A stretch of 64,000 nt of DNA from Acidobacteriota bacterium. GTDB lineage: Bacteria; Acidobacteriota; UBA6911; RPQK01; JADFOI01. Below the pieces are notes generated by a model, which did no database searches, had not been told where the DNA came from, and worked only from the letters and a program-made list of their open reading frames with translations. Each line of letters begins with the position of its first letter. Positions within the stretch are counted from its first letter, which is position 1. Positions 20,457 through 33,152 of the stretch are shown here, in pieces. The translations under genes and the position numbers were made by a program. The stretch lies in the NCBI GenBank assembly GCA_963663035.1, contig OY760074.1, forward strand, positions 2,368,001-2,432,000, in the 5' to 3' direction.

Positions 20457-20900
20457 ATGAGAAACGAGAAAGGATTTTCATTAATCGAATTGCTCATCGT
20501 CGTAGCGATCATTGGAATCATTGCGGCTATTGCAGTTCCAAATCTTTTGCAGTCCAAGGCCGCAGCCAATGAAGCTTCGGCGATCAGTGCGGTGCGCAAC
20601 CTTGTGACCTCACAAATCACTTACTCGGCGACCCTGGGGTCAGGAAGCTATGCCGCCAGCTTGACGGTTCTGGGACCGACAAACGCTAAGCTGATTGACA
20701 GCGTGCTGGCAGCCGGAACCAAAGACGGGTATATCTTCGCAGTGGCTAGTACAGTGAATTCAACCTTCGAAATCACTGCCGACCCGATAACGCTCGGTTC
20801 GACAGGGAGTCGCTACTTCTTTGCTGATGAGTCTGGTGTCATTCGCTACGCAACTGGCTCCGGCCCTGCCGATGTGTCTGATAACCCATTAGGCATGTAG
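20457..20900 (+). CDS. pilA: Type IV major pilin
   Basis: MRNEKG|FSLIELLIVVAIIGIIAAIAVP prepilin motif. Confidence 0.9.
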   Translation: MRNEKGFSLIELLIVVAIIGIIAAIAVPNLLQSKAAANEASAISAVRNLVTSQITYSATLGSGSYAASLTVLGPTNAKLIDSVLAAGTKDGYIFAVASTVNSTFEITADPITLGSTGSRYFFADESGVIRYATGSGPADVSDNPLGM

Positions 20901-20933
20901 AGACTCTCCAGCCAGGTTCGCACACCCCCCCAA

Positions 20934-20968
20934 AAGGGCAACCTCAACCCCTTATGCAGGTTGCCCTT
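20934..20968. terminator. Stem-loop between convergent pilA and rpoC
   Basis: AAGGGCAACCT...AGGTTGCCCTT. Confidence 0.55.
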
Positions 20969-21028
20969 CTTACCTTCACCTGAACACAACTCACCACTCC
21001 CCACCTGACTCATTTCTTCTGGATTCTT

Positions 21029-21090
21029 CTGTCAGTGGTCAGCTGTCTTAGGTGGTCAGCTGTCAGGTGTCAGCGGTTTCAGGTAGTCAG
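21029..21090. repeat. 7-bp tandem repeat (NKGTCAG family) over the rpoC stop
   Basis: CTGTCAG TGGTCAG ... TGGTCAG CTGTCAG GTGTCAG. Confidence 0.8.
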
Positions 21091-24000
21091 CTCTTTTTCC
21101 ATGAGGCCCAGGGGCGCTTCTTTCTTTATCAATGCATCCAGCGCCAGGGGTTCTTCTTCTTTTGGTTCCTCGAAGACAGCCTCAACCTCGACGTTGCGAT
21201 AGTATTCCAGACCCGTGCCGGCTGGAATCAACCGACCCATGATGACGTTTTCTTTCAATCCCTGCAGATAGTCAATCTTTCCGCTAATGGCCGCTTCGGT
21301 CAACACGCGGGTTGTTTCCTGGAATGAGGCGGCCGAGATGAAGGAATCGGTACTCAAGGAGGCCTTGGTAATCCCCAGCAGAAGCGGACGTCCCGTAGCC
21401 GGCTTTCCTTTTTCTGCCTTAATCCGCTCGTTCTCCTCCTGGAACAGGAACTTGTCTACTTGCTCCTCCAGCAAAAAGCCCGTATCGCCAACATCTTCAA
21501 CCTTAATCCACCGCATCATCTGGCGGACAATCACCTCGATGTGTTTGTCATTAATGTTGACTCCCTGGAGCCGATAGACCTCCTGGATCTCGTTGACCAG
21601 ATAGCGCCGCAGTTCCTTCTCTCCCAGCACCCGCAGAATGTCGTGAGGATTGCGGGGCCCATCCATTAAGGCCTCACCAGACTTCACATATTCCTTTTCT
21701 TGAACATTCACGTGCACTCCCCGAGGCAAGAGATACTCTGCCTTGGTCTGACTCACTTCATCTTCCACGATAATCTTTCGCTGACCTCTGCTGACCCCTC
21801 CATAGCTAACCACCCCGTCGATCTCCGTAATCACGGCCGGCTCTTTGGGCTTGCGGGCTTCAAAAAGCTCCACCACACGCGGCAAGCCGCCTGTGATGTC
21901 CTTGGTCTTGGTGGTCTCTCTGGGAATCTTGGCCAGAATGTCCCCGGGAAAGACCTCATCCCCAGCATCGATCATCAAGTGGGCTTTGGAAGGAATCATG
22001 TAAGACTTGACGATTTTGCCCTTTTTGTCCTTGATCTGGATCTGCGGCTGGCGCTTCTCATCAGGGAAATCGATAATGACCTTCCGAGCAAGACCGGTCA
22101 CTTCATCAACTTCCTCCTTCATGGTGATACCTTCCACGATGTCCTTGAGGACCACGGTGCCCCCACCCTCGGTGAGGATTGCGAAAGTAAAGGGATCCCA
22201 TTCCAGCAATTTCTGTCCAGGTTTGATCTTTTTGCCCTCCTTGACCATCAGCCTTGCACCATAGATGACCGAATAGCGTTCCTTTTCTCGGCCCTTATCA
22301 TCCTGAACAATGAGACTTCCAGTTCGGTTCATGACCACCAGGAGGCCGTCTTTATCGGTGACCGTCTGGATATTCAAGAAATGAACGACACCTTCGGTCC
22401 TCGCTTCGACGGTGGACTCCTCCTCGATTCGGCTGGCAGTACCTCCAATGTGAAACGTCCTCATGGTGAGCTGAGTCCCGGGTTCTCCAATGGATTGAGC
22501 CGCCAGAACTCCCACGGCCTCGCCCATCTCTACCATCACGCCCGAAGCCAGGTTCCGGCCGTAGCACATTCGGCACAGGCCTCGCTCGCACTTACAGGTT
22601 AAAACGGAGCGGATTAGGATCTTTTCAATTCCGGCTTCCTGAATGGCAGCGGAGGTATCGTCGTCAATCTCCTGATTGATGTCGACCAGCGTATCTCCGG
22701 TAAACGGATCGATCACCTTTTCCAGTGCCACACGTCCAACGATGCGATCCCCCAGCCCTTCGATGATTTCACCACCCTCCACCAGGGCTGTCACCTCAAG
22801 TCCATCCAAGGTCTGGCAGTCCTCTTTGGTAATAATCACGTCTTGAGCCACATCCACGAGGCGACGGGTGAGATAACCTGAGTCAGCGGTTTTAAGAGCC
22901 GTGTCGGCCAGCCCCTTTCGTGCTCCGTGGGTGGAGATAAAGTATTGTAAAACCCCCAGGCCTTCGCGGAAATTCGCTGTAATCGGCGTCTCAATAATTT
23001 CACCCGAAGGCTTGGCCATGAGTCCCCGCATACCCGCCAACTGACGGATCTGCTGCTTGCTGCCCCGGGCGCCTGAGTCGGCCATGACATAAACCGAGTT
23101 GAGCTCTTGGTTGGCTCCCTTCATGAGCGCCATTGCCTCAAACATCTCGTCGGCGATCTCCTCGGTCACATCTGACCAGATTGCCACCACTTTGTTGTAG
23201 CGTTCCCCATTGGTGATAGCACCATCCAGATACTGCTGTTCCACTTCAATCACTTCCCGTCGAGCTGCCTCGACAAGCTCTTCCTTATTCTCGGGGATGA
23301 TGAGATCATCAATACTAATGGTGAAGCCAGCTTTGGTTGCATAGAGAAAGCCTAAATCCTTCAGTTCATCCAACATTGGAACTGCGGTCTCAAGTCCGAA
23401 CCGCAAGTAGCAATAATTGACAAGCTGTTGAAGCCCCTTTTTCTTGAGCAAACCGTTGACGAATGGCATTTCTTCGGGAAGATGGTCGTTAAAAATGACT
23501 CTTCCTACGGTGGTTGCAACCAGCTGGTTGTGAACGAGCTGCACCTCCGCGTGCAGCAGAGCCTGGTTATCGTATTGCTGGGAAAGATCAATCAGTTCTC
23601 CCGAGAAACGCAAGAAGATGGGAGTGAGCAGCTCCACCTCTTTCGCCTCCAAGGCGTGGTAGACCTCCTCTGCGTTTGCAAAGCAACTTCCTTCACCTTT
23701 GGCCCCTGGGCGATCGGTGGTCAAGTAATAGCAACCCAGGACGATATCCTGAGTGGGGACCGCCACGGGCTGTCCATTGGCAGGTGAGAGGACATTGTGG
23801 GTAGCCAGCATCAAGACCGACGCTTCAATCTGTGATTCCTGAGAGAGGGGGACGTGCACGGCCATCTGATCACCGTCGAAATCCGCGTTAAAAGCGGTAC
23901 ACACCAGGGGATGAATCTTGATAGCCCTTCCCTCCACCAGAACCGGCTCAAAGGCCTGAATACCCAGTCGATGCAGCGTGGGGGCCCGGTTTAGAAGGAC

Positions 24001-25266
24001 CGGATGCTGCTGGATCACCTCTTCCAGAATGTCCCACACCACGGGCTCTTGGTTTTCCACCATCTCCTTGGCACCTTTGATGGTGGTAGCATAGCCTTCC
24101 TTTTCCAGGCGATTGTAAATAAAGGGTTTAAACAGCTCGAGTGCCATAATTTTGGGCAGACCGCACTGATTGAGTTTCAGCTCCGGTCCCACCACGATCA
24201 CTGAACGACCCGAATAATCCACGCGCTTGCCCAGGAGGTTCTGGCGAAACCGACCTTGTTTTCCTTTCAAAGTATCTGACAGTGATTTCAGTGGGCGATT
24301 TTTCGCACCCCGTAAGACTCTTCCCCGACGACCGTTGTCGAACAAGGCATCTACGGCTTCCTGGAGCATCCGCTTCTCATTTCGAATGATGACTTCCGGT
24401 GCACGCAGGTCCATGAGCTTTTTCAAGCGATTGTTCCGATTAATGACTCGCCGGTACAGGTCATTGAGATCGGAAGTCGCAAAGCGCCCTCCATCCAGGG
24501 GCACCAGCGGTCGCAACTCGGGAGGAATCACAGGAATGACATCCAGGATCATCCACTCAGCCAGGTTTCCGGACTTCCGGAATGCATCCACCACCTTCAA
24601 GCGCTTGGCATACTTCAGGCGCTTGAGTTGAGAATTTTCATTTTTCATGCGGAAACGCAGATCGATGGAGACGGAATCGACATCGACTCGCCGCACCAAT
24701 CCTTTAATCGTCTCCGCCCCCATTCCAGCCTCAAACTGCCCCGGATACTCTGCCTGCAGAGCGCGATATTTCTCTTCCGTCAGCAGCTCTTTCTCTTTGA
24801 CCGGAGCTTCCCCTGGATCAATGACGACGTACGCTTCAAAGTAGAGGATCCGCTCCAAGTTGCGCAGAGACAAGTCCAGAAGATGCCCGATTCGGCTGGG
24901 AAGTCCCTTAAAAAACCACACATGGGAGCAGGGAGTGGCCAGTTCCACGTGGCCCAAACGCTCCCGACGGACTTTGGAAAGGGTAACCTCCACACCGCAC
25001 TTGTCACAGATCACCCCCCTGTGCTTCATGCGTTTGTATTTTCCACAAAGGCATTCCCAATCCGTGACCGGACCGAAGATACGAGCACAGAAAAGCCCAT
25101 CTCGCTCTGGCTTGAAGGTGCGGTAATTGATCGTCTCCGGCTTGGTGACTTCGCCGCTGGACCAGGAGCGAATCTTCTCCGGAGAAGCCAAACCAATCCG
25201 GATCGCCTCAAAGTTCTTCAAGAGTTGAGTTTTGTCAAGATCACGAAAGAGTCTCAAGTTATTCAC
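21079..25266 (-). CDS. rpoC: RNA polymerase beta' subunit
   Basis: NADFDGD catalytic motif, [22 protein letters not shown]. Confidence 0.99.
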   Translation of the reverse strand: MNNLRLFRDLDKTQLLKNFEAIRIGLASPEKIRSWSSGEVTKPETINYRTFKPERDGLFCARIFGPVTDWECLCGKYKRMKHRGVICDKCGVEVTLSKVRRERLGHVELATPCSHVWFFKGLPSRIGHLLDLSLRNLERILYFEAYVVIDPGEAPVKEKELLTEEKYRALQAEYPGQFEAGMGAETIKGLVRRVDVDSVSIDLRFRMKNENSQLKRLKYAKRLKVVDAFRKSGNLAEWMILDVIPVIPPELRPLVPLDGGRFATSDLNDLYRRVINRNNRLKKLMDLRAPEVIIRNEKRMLQEAVDALFDNGRRGRVLRGAKNRPLKSLSDTLKGKQGRFRQNLLGKRVDYSGRSVIVVGPELKLNQCGLPKIMALELFKPFIYNRLEKEGYATTIKGAKEMVENQEPVVWDILEEVIQQHPVLLNRAPTLHRLGIQAFEPVLVEGRAIKIHPLVCTAFNADFDGDQMAVHVPLSQESQIEASVLMLATHNVLSPANGQPVAVPTQDIVLGCYYLTTDRPGAKGEGSCFANAEEVYHALEAKEVELLTPIFLRFSGELIDLSQQYDNQALLHAEVQLVHNQLVATTVGRVIFNDHLPEEMPFVNGLLKKKGLQQLVNYCYLRFGLETAVPMLDELKDLGFLYATKAGFTISIDDLIIPENKEELVEAARREVIEVEQQYLDGAITNGERYNKVVAIWSDVTEEIADEMFEAMALMKGANQELNSVYVMADSGARGSKQQIRQLAGMRGLMAKPSGEIIETPITANFREGLGVLQYFISTHGARKGLADTALKTADSGYLTRRLVDVAQDVIITKEDCQTLDGLEVTALVEGGEIIEGLGDRIVGRVALEKVIDPFTGDTLVDINQEIDDDTSAAIQEAGIEKILIRSVLTCKCERGLCRMCYGRNLASGVMVEMGEAVGVLAAQSIGEPGTQLTMRTFHIGGTASRIEEESTVEARTEGVVHFLNIQTVTDKDGLLVVMNRTGSLIVQDDKGREKERYSVIYGARLMVKEGKKIKPGQKLLEWDPFTFAILTEGGGTVVLKDIVEGITMKEEVDEVTGLARKVIIDFPDEKRQPQIQIKDKKGKIVKSYMIPSKAHLMIDAGDEVFPGDILAKIPRETTKTKDITGGLPRVVELFEARKPKEPAVITEIDGVVSYGGVSRGQRKIIVEDEVSQTKAEYLLPRGVHVNVQEKEYVKSGEALMDGPRNPHDILRVLGEKELRRYLVNEIQEVYRLQGVNINDKHIEVIVRQMMRWIKVEDVGDTGFLLEEQVDKFLFQEENERIKAEKGKPATGRPLLLGITKASLSTDSFISAASFQETTRVLTEAAISGKIDYLQGLKENVIMGRLIPAGTGLEYYRNVEVEAVFEEPKEEEPLALDALIKKEAPLGLMEKELTT

Positions 25267-25276
25267 CTTCTTTCAT

Positions 25277-28200
25277 TCACTCTGTCTCCGCCGTTGCACC
25301 ACTGAGCGCTTTCTCTGCCTCCACGAGCATCTCGGAGCGCCGACGAGTTATCTTCTTAGGTTTTTCTATCAATTCCACATCCAAAGCCAGGGACTGGAGT
25401 TCCCGGATCAAGACATTGAATGACTCTGGAATTCCCGGATTATAAGTGGACTCACCCTTCACAATCGCCTCATAAATCTTGGCTCGGCCCTGCACATCAT
25501 CCGATTTTGCGGTCAACAACTCCTGAAGGATGTTAGCGGCTCCATAGGCTTCCAGCGCCCAAACTTCCATTTCTCCGAAGCGCTGACCGCCGAACTGTGC
25601 CTTACCGCCCAGAGGCTGTTGGGTAATGAGGCTGTAGGGTCCGATGGAGCGAGCGTGAATCTTATCGTCCACCAGATGACTGAGTTTGAGAATGTAAATG
25701 TAGCCAACCGTAACTTCCTGATCAAAAGGTTCGCCCGTCATGCCATCACTAAGTATCGTCTTCCCGTTTATGGGCAGGTTAGCTTTCTTCAATTCCTCCT
25801 TGATCTCATGCTCGCGGGCACCGTCAAAGACAGGGGTGGCATACTGCAGTCCCAGAGCTTTTGCAGCCCATCCTAGATGGGTCTCCAGGATTTGTCCCAC
25901 GTTCATGCGGGAGGGAACTCCCAGAGGATTCAACACGATCTCCACAGGAGTTCCATCGGGAAGATAGGGCATATCCTCTTCGGGAACAATCCGGGCGATC
26001 ACTCCCTTGTTCCCGTGGCGCCCAGCCATCTTGTCGCCGACTGAAAGTTTCCGTTTCATGGCCACGTAAACTTTGACCATCTTGATGACTCCAGGCAGTA
26101 ATTCATCGCCCTTCTCCATCCGGCTCAGCCGTTCCTCATGCAGGGTGCGCAGAATTTCGACCTGACGGTCTGTCTTGACCTCGATTTGAGAAAGCTCTTT
26201 TTGGGCGCTTTTTCCTGTGATTCCAATTCTTCTCAGTACCTGGTAGCTGAGACCGTCCAAAACCTTGCTGTTCAGTCTTCCGCCTTTCTTGGCAACCACC
26301 TTTCCAGCCTCATCGACCACCTTGCTGGTAGTAGTCTTCCCGGTTAAAACATCTACAATCCACTTACTGCTCTCTTCCCTCAGAATTCGAATTTCATCTT
26401 CCAGGTCCTTCTCCAAGCGCTCAATTTCCTCTAGCTCTATTTGGCGGGCTCTCCCGTCCTTGGTCACACCCTTTCGAGCAAAGATCCTGACATCGACAAC
26501 TGTGCCCTCAATTCCAGGGGGTGTGTAAAGCGAAGCGTCCTTGACTTCTCCTGCCTTCTCGCCAAAGATCGCCCGCAGCAACTTTTCTTCGGGTGTCAGT
26601 TGAGTTTCACCCTTGGGCGTAACCTTTCCAACTAAAATTCCACCCGGCCGGATCTTGGCACCGATGCGGATGACTCCACTCTCATCCAGATCGGTTAGAA
26701 TCGACTCACTGACATTGGGAATGTCTCGAGTGATCTCTTCTGGACCAAGCTTGGTATCGCGGGCCTCGACATCCAGTTCTTCAATATGGATCGAGGTGTA
26801 CAGGTCCTCCTTGACCAGACGTTCACTGACCAGAATCGCATCTTCAAAGTTGTAGCCTCTCCAGGACATAAATGCCACCAGGACATTTCTTCCCAGTGCC
26901 AACTCCCCTTTTTCGGTACAAGGACCATCAGCCAGTACCTGACCTCTTTCAACACGGTCACCTTTTTGGACCAAGGGTTTGTGATTGATACAGGTGTTTT
27001 GATTCGAGCGCTTGAACTTGGTCAGCTTGTAAATATCCACACCCGCGTCTCGAGTCTTCTCTCCATCTTCAGCCAGGACACGCACAATGATCCGTTCTGC
27101 GTCGACGCTGTCCACCATGCCTGCCCGCCGACACAGCAGGACTGCTCCTGAGTCTCGGGCGGCAATGTATTCCATTCCCGTACCCACAAGAGGCGCTTCC
27201 GCCTGAACCAAGGGCACCCCCTGCCGCTGCATATTCGATCCCATCAGGGCTCGGTTCGCATCATCGTTTTCCAAGAATGGGATCAAGCTTGCTGCTACAC
27301 TCACGAGCTGCTTGGGACTCACGTCCACGTACTCAACTTCATCTCTTGGGACAAGAAGAAAGTTACCCTGGTGACGAGCACTGACCCGCTCGCGTACAAT
27401 CCGCTGTTTTTTGTCCACTTGGACATTGGCCTGAGCGATGACGTGTTTATCTTCCTCCCAGGCCGTCAAGTAGAAGGCATGGGTCTCGTATTCGGCCGGT
27501 CGCTTCCTCCCCGTCATCTTCTTGTTGGCCGCATCCACTTGCTTCAGCTTATAGACGTCACCTACCTTGAACTTGGTGCTTCCCGCATTGGTGATCTTGG
27601 CATAGTCCACAATGGTCCCCGAGACAATCTTGCGGTAGGGCGATTCGATGAATCCGAACTCGTCAATTTGTGCATAGCAGCTCAAGGAAGAGATCAGGCC
27701 AATATTGGGCCCTTCCGGAGTCTCAACCGGACAGATTCGCCCATAGTGGGTCGGATGAACATCCCGCACCTCAAATCCTGCCCTCTCTCGGCTCAACCCC
27801 CCTGGACCCAATGCAGAGAGCCGTCTTTTATGGGTAATTTCCGAGAGTGGATTAGTCTGGTCCATAAACTGGGAGAGTTGGCTGCTGCCGAAGAACTCAC
27901 GAATGGCGGCCATAACGGGCTTGGCGTTGATCAGGTCGTGAGGCATGGCGGTAGCCATTTCCTGATGAACGGACATCTTCTCCTTAATCGCCCTTTCCAT
28001 CCTCACCAGACCGATTCGGAACTGATTCTCCAACAGCTCACCGACGGCTCGAACGCGACGGTTCCCCAGATGATCAATATCGTCTACAGTCCCAATATTT
28101 TTCTTCAACTTCAGCAGATAAGCGATCACATGATAAAAATCCTCAGGCGTAAGAGTCCGTTCATCCAGGGAAGTATCCAGGCCCAGCTTAATATTGAATT

Positions 28201-29602
28201 TCAGTCGGCCCACACGGGAAAAATCATATTTCCTGGAATCGAAAAACATCCCGTGAAACAGGGCAGTGGCGGTCTCGGTGGTGGGAGGATCACCTGGACG
28301 CTGCTTGCGATAGATCTCAATCAGAGCATCGTTGCTGTTTTTCACCTGATCCTTCGCTAAAGTAGCGGAGAGCACCTCGCCCACATCATCGCGTTCAGGA
28401 AAGAAAATGGAAAACTTTCCAATACCGGCTTCGATCAAAGAGTTGACGACGGCTCCCGTTACCTCGGCATTCGCTTCCAGAAGAATCTCGCCAGAGGAGG
28501 AATCCACCACTCCGTCACCTGCAAAAGCTCCTTCCAGATCTTCAATTCCAATCTCCACCTCTTTGACTTTTGCTTTCTTGAGCTTGGCAAAGGCTACCTG
28601 AGTGAACTTTTTCCCGGCGCCAACCAGAACGGATTTCTTTTTGCCCGGGGTCGGGATATTCTTGCTCAACTTGCTTCCGACGAGATTCTCATCGAGCTTC
28701 CAGAACAGCTTTTTTCCTCTGACCGTGATGGCTGAAATCTTGTAGAAGGTTTTCAGGATTTCTTCATCTGAACCCAAACCCAAGGCACGCAAGAAGGCGG
28801 TGGCCAGAAACTTCCGCTTCCGATCAATGCGCACATACAAGAGATTTTTACTATCGTATTCAAACTCGACCCACGAACCCCGGTAGGGAATGATTTTGGC
28901 CAAGAAGTAACTCTTCAGGGCTCCTGACTCAAAGAAAACACCGGGTGAACGGTGAAGCTGACTGACAATCACGCGTTCCGTGCCATTGATGATGAAGATT
29001 CCGTTTTCAGTCATTAAGGGGAGATCCCCGAAGTAGACTTCCTGCTCCTTAATGTCGCGAATGGTTTTGACGTCCGTATCTTTGTCCTTGTCCCAGACCA
29101 CCAGGCGAATGGTCACCTTCAAGGGGGCGGAATAACTCATACCCCGCTCCTTGCATTCATCGATGTTGTACTTCAGGTTCAGCTGGACCGGATCCCCGCA
29201 GTCGTCACACCGTTCGACTTCATTGGAGTTTTTGGACCCGCAGTGCTGGCAAATAAGGTCCTCGATTTCTAATGGGTTAAAGCCCAGCGTCGCTCCGCAC
29301 TTGCGGCATTTCCCGCGCAGGTGCTCAAGTCCTTTCAACTTCCCACACTTGCATTCCCAATCGCCAATAGCATAATCCACAAACTCCAGTGAGGAGGTGC
29401 CGCGGAAATCGCTAATCGGAAAAACAGAATGAAACACCGATTGCAGCCCAAAATCCTCCCGCTCAGCGGGCAACAGATCCATCTGGAGGAATCGCCGGTA
29501 GGACTTCTTCTGGACTTTCAGCAAGTTGGGTATTGGGAAAAAAGACTTTCTTTTCGAAAAGTCCACTCTCTCCCGATAGACATTTTTCAGCTGATTAAAC
29601 AT
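25277..29602 (-). CDS. rpoB: RNA polymerase beta subunit
   Basis: [40 protein letters not shown]. Confidence 0.99.
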   Translation of the reverse strand: MFNQLKNVYRERVDFSKRKSFFPIPNLLKVQKKSYRRFLQMDLLPAEREDFGLQSVFHSVFPISDFRGTSSLEFVDYAIGDWECKCGKLKGLEHLRGKCRKCGATLGFNPLEIEDLICQHCGSKNSNEVERCDDCGDPVQLNLKYNIDECKERGMSYSAPLKVTIRLVVWDKDKDTDVKTIRDIKEQEVYFGDLPLMTENGIFIINGTERVIVSQLHRSPGVFFESGALKSYFLAKIIPYRGSWVEFEYDSKNLLYVRIDRKRKFLATAFLRALGLGSDEEILKTFYKISAITVRGKKLFWKLDENLVGSKLSKNIPTPGKKKSVLVGAGKKFTQVAFAKLKKAKVKEVEIGIEDLEGAFAGDGVVDSSSGEILLEANAEVTGAVVNSLIEAGIGKFSIFFPERDDVGEVLSATLAKDQVKNSNDALIEIYRKQRPGDPPTTETATALFHGMFFDSRKYDFSRVGRLKFNIKLGLDTSLDERTLTPEDFYHVIAYLLKLKKNIGTVDDIDHLGNRRVRAVGELLENQFRIGLVRMERAIKEKMSVHQEMATAMPHDLINAKPVMAAIREFFGSSQLSQFMDQTNPLSEITHKRRLSALGPGGLSRERAGFEVRDVHPTHYGRICPVETPEGPNIGLISSLSCYAQIDEFGFIESPYRKIVSGTIVDYAKITNAGSTKFKVGDVYKLKQVDAANKKMTGRKRPAEYETHAFYLTAWEEDKHVIAQANVQVDKKQRIVRERVSARHQGNFLLVPRDEVEYVDVSPKQLVSVAASLIPFLENDDANRALMGSNMQRQGVPLVQAEAPLVGTGMEYIAARDSGAVLLCRRAGMVDSVDAERIIVRVLAEDGEKTRDAGVDIYKLTKFKRSNQNTCINHKPLVQKGDRVERGQVLADGPCTEKGELALGRNVLVAFMSWRGYNFEDAILVSERLVKEDLYTSIHIEELDVEARDTKLGPEEITRDIPNVSESILTDLDESGVIRIGAKIRPGGILVGKVTPKGETQLTPEEKLLRAIFGEKAGEVKDASLYTPPGIEGTVVDVRIFARKGVTKDGRARQIELEEIERLEKDLEDEIRILREESSKWIVDVLTGKTTTSKVVDEAGKVVAKKGGRLNSKVLDGLSYQVLRRIGITGKSAQKELSQIEVKTDRQVEILRTLHEERLSRMEKGDELLPGVIKMVKVYVAMKRKLSVGDKMAGRHGNKGVIARIVPEEDMPYLPDGTPVEIVLNPLGVPSRMNVGQILETHLGWAAKALGLQYATPVFDGAREHEIKEELKKANLPINGKTILSDGMTGEPFDQEVTVGYIYILKLSHLVDDKIHARSIGPYSLITQQPLGGKAQFGGQRFGEMEVWALEAYGAANILQELLTAKSDDVQGRAKIYEAIVKGESTYNPGIPESFNVLIRELQSLALDVELIEKPKKITRRRSEMLVEAEKALSGATAETE

Positions 29603-29915
29603 GCCTGCAAGCTCCCCCTGAGATAATGATTGTTCTAGATAATCTTGGCTGCCACGCGAAATCTGACCTTAAACACGTGGGGATATAGCGGAACGCACGG
29701 AGAAAAGAGAGCAGAGAAAACTCCCAACCGCTTTAGTTTTTAAGCGTTAGCGTCTAAAGGTCCCAGACCAATTCTTAAAGACAAAAAAACAAAAAGGAGA
29801 CACAAATCCCCTTCGGTCCATCTTGACTATGCACACTCTATCTTGAGATCGGATAGTTTATCATACTTTTGGGGGGGGTGACAAGAGCTGGGTTCTTGTC
29901 CGATTGACCCACTGC

Positions 29916-30305
29916 TCATTTGATCTCGACCGTCGCTCCGACTTCTTCAAATTTCTTTTTGATCTCCTCAGCTTCTTCTTTGCTGACACCCTCTTTGATC
30001 GCCTTAGGAGCTGCTTCCACAAGGTCTTTCGCCTCTTTGAGACCCAGGCTGGTGACCTCGCGAACGGCCTTAATCACGTTGATCTTCTTGTCACCGACTG
30101 CGGTCAAGAGGGCCTCAAACTCCGACTGTTCCTCAACTGCACCTGCCTCGCCCCCAGCTCCCCCAGCCGCAGCCCCGGCCACTGCCACAGGCCCGGCCAT
30201 GGCAGTGATTCCAAACTTCTCTTCCAACTCCGTCACCAAGTGGTTAATGTCCACAATTGATGCCCCTTCGATCCAGCCCATCACATCATCTCGAGTAATC
30301 GCCAT
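29916..30305 (-). CDS. rplL: 50S ribosomal protein L7/L12
   Basis: [21 protein letters not shown]. Confidence 0.98.
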   Translation of the reverse strand: MAITRDDVMGWIEGASIVDINHLVTELEEKFGITAMAGPVAVAGAAAGGAGGEAGAVEEQSEFEALLTAVGDKKINVIKAVREVTSLGLKEAKDLVEAAPKAIKEGVSKEEAEEIKKKFEEVGATVEIK

Positions 30306-30331
30306 TGCGAATCCTCCCCTATTAGTTAAGT

Positions 30332-30847
30332 TTATTCCTTCTTCTCTGCCAATTGCTTCAGAACTGAAGCCAGTCCGCTGAGCGGTGACTGCAGAGCAGT
30401 GACCAGCTTCACCAGCGGAGCATTCAGGAGATATACAAGCTTCGCCAGCTGCTCGGGTCGGGAAGCCATTTTCGCCAGATGTTCCACATCACTCGCCGAG
30501 AAGACTTCGCCATCCACAAACCCGGCTTTGAAGTTCACGTCTGGGTGTTCTTTGATGAACCGTTTGACTACTTTTGCCAGTGCCACCGGATCCCCAACTG
30601 TGTAGGCAATGGCCGTTGGCCCCTGAAAATGCTCCCGCAGCGGCTCCAGCGATGTCTCCTCAAGAGCCCGCAAAGCGAGCCTATTTTTCACAACCTGGTA
30701 CCCGCTGTCCACTTTGGAGATCTGGCGACGCAGCTCACTCTCCTCCAAAACATTCACGCCTTTGAAATGGATCAACAAGATGCTCTTGTTCGCTTTGAAC
30801 GTCGTGTTGAGTTCCTCAATCAAACTCTGTTTCTGGTCTCTGTTCAT
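30332..30847 (-). CDS. rplJ: 50S ribosomal protein L10
   Basis: MNRDQK start, VVKNRLA, GPTAIA; true start 30847 (track ORF over-extended). Confidence 0.95.
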   Translation of the reverse strand: MNRDQKQSLIEELNTTFKANKSILLIHFKGVNVLEESELRRQISKVDSGYQVVKNRLALRALEETSLEPLREHFQGPTAIAYTVGDPVALAKVVKRFIKEHPDVNFKAGFVDGEVFSASDVEHLAKMASRPEQLAKLVYLLNAPLVKLVTALQSPLSGLASVLKQLAEKKE

Positions 30848-30848
30848 G

Positions 30849-31553
30849 TCAGTCGCTGCCTCCTCCAATACCCTCCACTTGTGCCAGACTGACCTTGATT
30901 CCCGGACCCATTGTGGATGAGACAACAACCCCCCGCAGATATCGGCCCTTTGCAGAAGCCGGTTTCGCCCGAAGCACAGCCTCAAGCAGACTGCGAGCGT
31001 TTTGAGTCAACTGGTCCCCGGTGAAGGACATTTTCCCAAAGGGGGCATGGATAATACCATTTTTGTCAACTCGGAACTCAACTTTTCCAGCTTTGATATC
31101 GGCTACTGCCTTTCCCACCTCAAAGGTCACCGTTCCCACCTTTGGATTCGGCATCAATCCTCTGGGACCCAGCACTCGACCCAATTTCCCAACGGATTTC
31201 ATCACGTCCGGTGTCGCCACCACGGCATCAAAGTCCATCCAGCCGCCCTGAATCTTGCTCACCAGGTCATCACCCCCCACAATCTCGGCACCCGCTTCTT
31301 CGGCTTCTTTCACCTTGTCGGCTGAGGCAATAACGCAGACTCGAACCTTCTTGCCCAGACCATTGGGGAGAACCACTGTCCCGCGAACCATCTGATCAGC
31401 ATGTCTGGGATCCACACCCAGTCGAACCGCCAGCTCGGCCGTTTCGTCAAAGCCGGCAAATTTGACCTCCTGCATCAGGTTGATCGCATCTTCCAGCGTC
31501 CGGTCTGCTTCTTGTACCTGTTCTTTGGCCGCTTTGTATTTCTTCCCTGACAT
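30849..31553 (-). CDS. rplA: 50S ribosomal protein L1
   Basis: [30 protein letters not shown]. Confidence 0.98.
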   Translation of the reverse strand: MSGKKYKAAKEQVQEADRTLEDAINLMQEVKFAGFDETAELAVRLGVDPRHADQMVRGTVVLPNGLGKKVRVCVIASADKVKEAEEAGAEIVGGDDLVSKIQGGWMDFDAVVATPDVMKSVGKLGRVLGPRGLMPNPKVGTVTFEVGKAVADIKAGKVEFRVDKNGIIHAPFGKMSFTGDQLTQNARSLLEAVLRAKPASAKGRYLRGVVVSSTMGPGIKVSLAQVEGIGGGSD

Positions 31554-31559
31554 CGACTT

Positions 31560-31985
31560 CTACTCTTTGACCTCCACTCCCATGCTGCGAGCAGTCCCCA
31601 TAATAATCCGTGAAGCCGCTTCCAGGTCGTTGGCCGTCAAATCTACCATTTTTGTCTTAGCGATCTCTTCCACCTGTTTCATGCTCACCTGCGCCACTTT
31701 GTCCTTATTGGGCTCAGCAGATCCCTTGGCGATTCCCGCCGCCCGCTTCAAAAGCACCGCCGCAGGTGGTGTTTTCGTCACAAAAGAGTAGCTTCGATCC
31801 TGGTAGACCGTAACGACCGCCGGAATAATCAATCCCTCCTGGTTTTGGGTCTTGGCGTTGAAGGCCTTACAGAAATCCATGATATTAACGCCATGCTGAC
31901 CCAGGGCAGGACCCACCGGGGGGGCGGGTGTCGCCTTTCCAGCCGGAATTTGCAACTTAATCAATCCGAGTACTTTCTTGGCCAT
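31560..31985 (-). CDS. rplK: 50S ribosomal protein L11
   Basis: MAKKV...[15 protein letters not shown]...GTARSMG. Confidence 0.98.
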   Translation of the reverse strand: MAKKVLGLIKLQIPAGKATPAPPVGPALGQHGVNIMDFCKAFNAKTQNQEGLIIPAVVTVYQDRSYSFVTKTPPAAVLLKRAAGIAKGSAEPNKDKVAQVSMKQVEEIAKTKMVDLTANDLEAASRIIMGTARSMGVEVKE

Positions 31986-31992
31986 AGATTCC

Positions 31993-32556
31993 TCACATCT
32001 TTTCCACTTGAATGAACTCCAGCTCAACCGGAGTGGCTCGACCAAAGATCGTCACCATCACCTTTACCGTGTTCCGTTCCAGATTCACATCCTCAACCAG
32101 ACCAGTAAAGTTGGAGAACGGTCCGTCGATGATTTTCACCGTTTCACCCGTCTCGAACATAAACTTCGGCTTCGGCTTTTCGTCGGCCGAAGAAACACGG
32201 TTCACGACCTGACTCACCTCTTCCTCTGTCAAGGGAGTGGGCTTGTTCCCCTGGCTCACAAATCCAGTGACCTTGGGTGTATTTCTCACCACGTGCCAGG
32301 TTTCTTCGGTCATGGCCATTTCCACCAGGATATAACCGGGAAAGAAAAGCTTTGAGGTCACCACCTTCTTCCCACCTTTCATCTCAACCACGTCTTCGGT
32401 GGGAATGAGGATCTGCCCAATTTCACTTTGCAGTTCATGGACCTGGACCCGGTTCATCAGGCTTTCTGCCACCTTCCGTTCAAAGCCGGAATAGGTATGG
32501 ATGATGTACCACTTTTTTCCCTTTTCCTCGGCCTGAGATGTCGTAATTGTCTTCAC
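31993..32556 (-). CDS. nusG: Transcription factor NusG
   Basis: [23 protein letters not shown] motif, [10 protein letters not shown]. Confidence 0.98.
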   Translation of the reverse strand: MKTITTSQAEEKGKKWYIIHTYSGFERKVAESLMNRVQVHELQSEIGQILIPTEDVVEMKGGKKVVTSKLFFPGYILVEMAMTEETWHVVRNTPKVTGFVSQGNKPTPLTEEEVSQVVNRVSSADEKPKPKFMFETGETVKIIDGPFSNFTGLVEDVNLERNTVKVMVTIFGRATPVELEFIQVEKM

Positions 32557-32588
32557 CTCACTTTATGACTGCGACGAAACCATCCAGT

Positions 32589-32801
32589 CTAGAAAAAGTC
32601 AATGACTCGCCTCACAAGCCTACTCAACACGACGTCCACCAGGGCCAAGTATACCCCGAAAAAGAAAACCGTAATGATGACAACCAATGTCGTCCCGTAG
32701 ACTTCCTTTTTGCTTGGCCAGGTGACTTTCCTGAGCTCCGTTTTCACATCACCGTAGAAAGTGATCAAGTTCCTTGGTGCGTGCCGAACCTTTTCTAACA
32801 T
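32589..32801 (-). CDS. secE: Preprotein translocase SecE
   Basis: ELRKVTWPS plus a TM helix; canonical position. Confidence 0.95.
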   Translation of the reverse strand: MLEKVRHAPRNLITFYGDVKTELRKVTWPSKKEVYGTTLVVIITVFFFGVYLALVDVVLSRLVRRVIDFF

Positions 32802-32811
32802 AAGACTATAA

Positions 32812-32888
32812 TGGCAGGCCAGGAGGGATTCGAACCCCCAACATCCGGTTTTGGAGACCGGCGCTCTACCAGTTGGAGCTACTGGCCT
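32812..32888 (-). tRNA. tRNA-Trp (CCA)
   Basis: AGGCCAGTAGCTC...CTCCAAA...GGTTCGAATCC...CCTGCCA. Confidence 0.96.
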
Positions 32889-32895
32889 AAGATTA

Positions 32896-32934
32896 ACAAC
32901 TCACAACTGACAACTGACAGCTGACAGCTGTCAG
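32896..32934. repeat. 7-bp tandem repeat (ACARCTG) between rpmG and tRNA-Trp
   Basis: ACAACTC ACAACTG ACAACTG ACAGCTG ACAGCTG; revcomp phase of the NKGTCAG family. Confidence 0.8.
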
Positions 32935-33084
32935 TTACTTAATCTCCCGATGCAGTGTGTGGTGTCGACACCACTTACAGTATTTCTTAAGCTCCAGACG
33001 CCCCGTAACGTTCCTTTTGTTCTTGGTGGAAGTGTAATTCCTTCGTTTGCACTCTGTGCACTGGAACGTGATATTTTCCTGCAT
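32935..33084 (-). CDS. rpmG: 50S ribosomal protein L33 (Zn-binding type)
   Basis: Hand translation [49 protein letters not shown] (absent from ORF track). Confidence 0.96.
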   Translation of the reverse strand: MQENITFQCTECKRRNYTSTKNKRNVTGRLELKKYCKWCRHHTLHREIK

Positions 33085-33152
33085 TTTCTTTCAGCTTCCA
33101 GTTTTAAAAATCTCCTTCTGGATTCTTTCTCCTGCCTCCTGACTCCTACCTC

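Noticed and set aside
20457-20900. Conductive e-pilin
   Set aside because: About 10 aromatic residues in 141 mature residues, with a gap of nearly 50 residues after F1
30848-30985. N-terminal extension of L10 in the ORF track (likewise lpxB, rplK, gspH, gspK, methyltransferase)
   Set aside because: Extensions overlap upstream genes or repeats; conserved starts lie downstream
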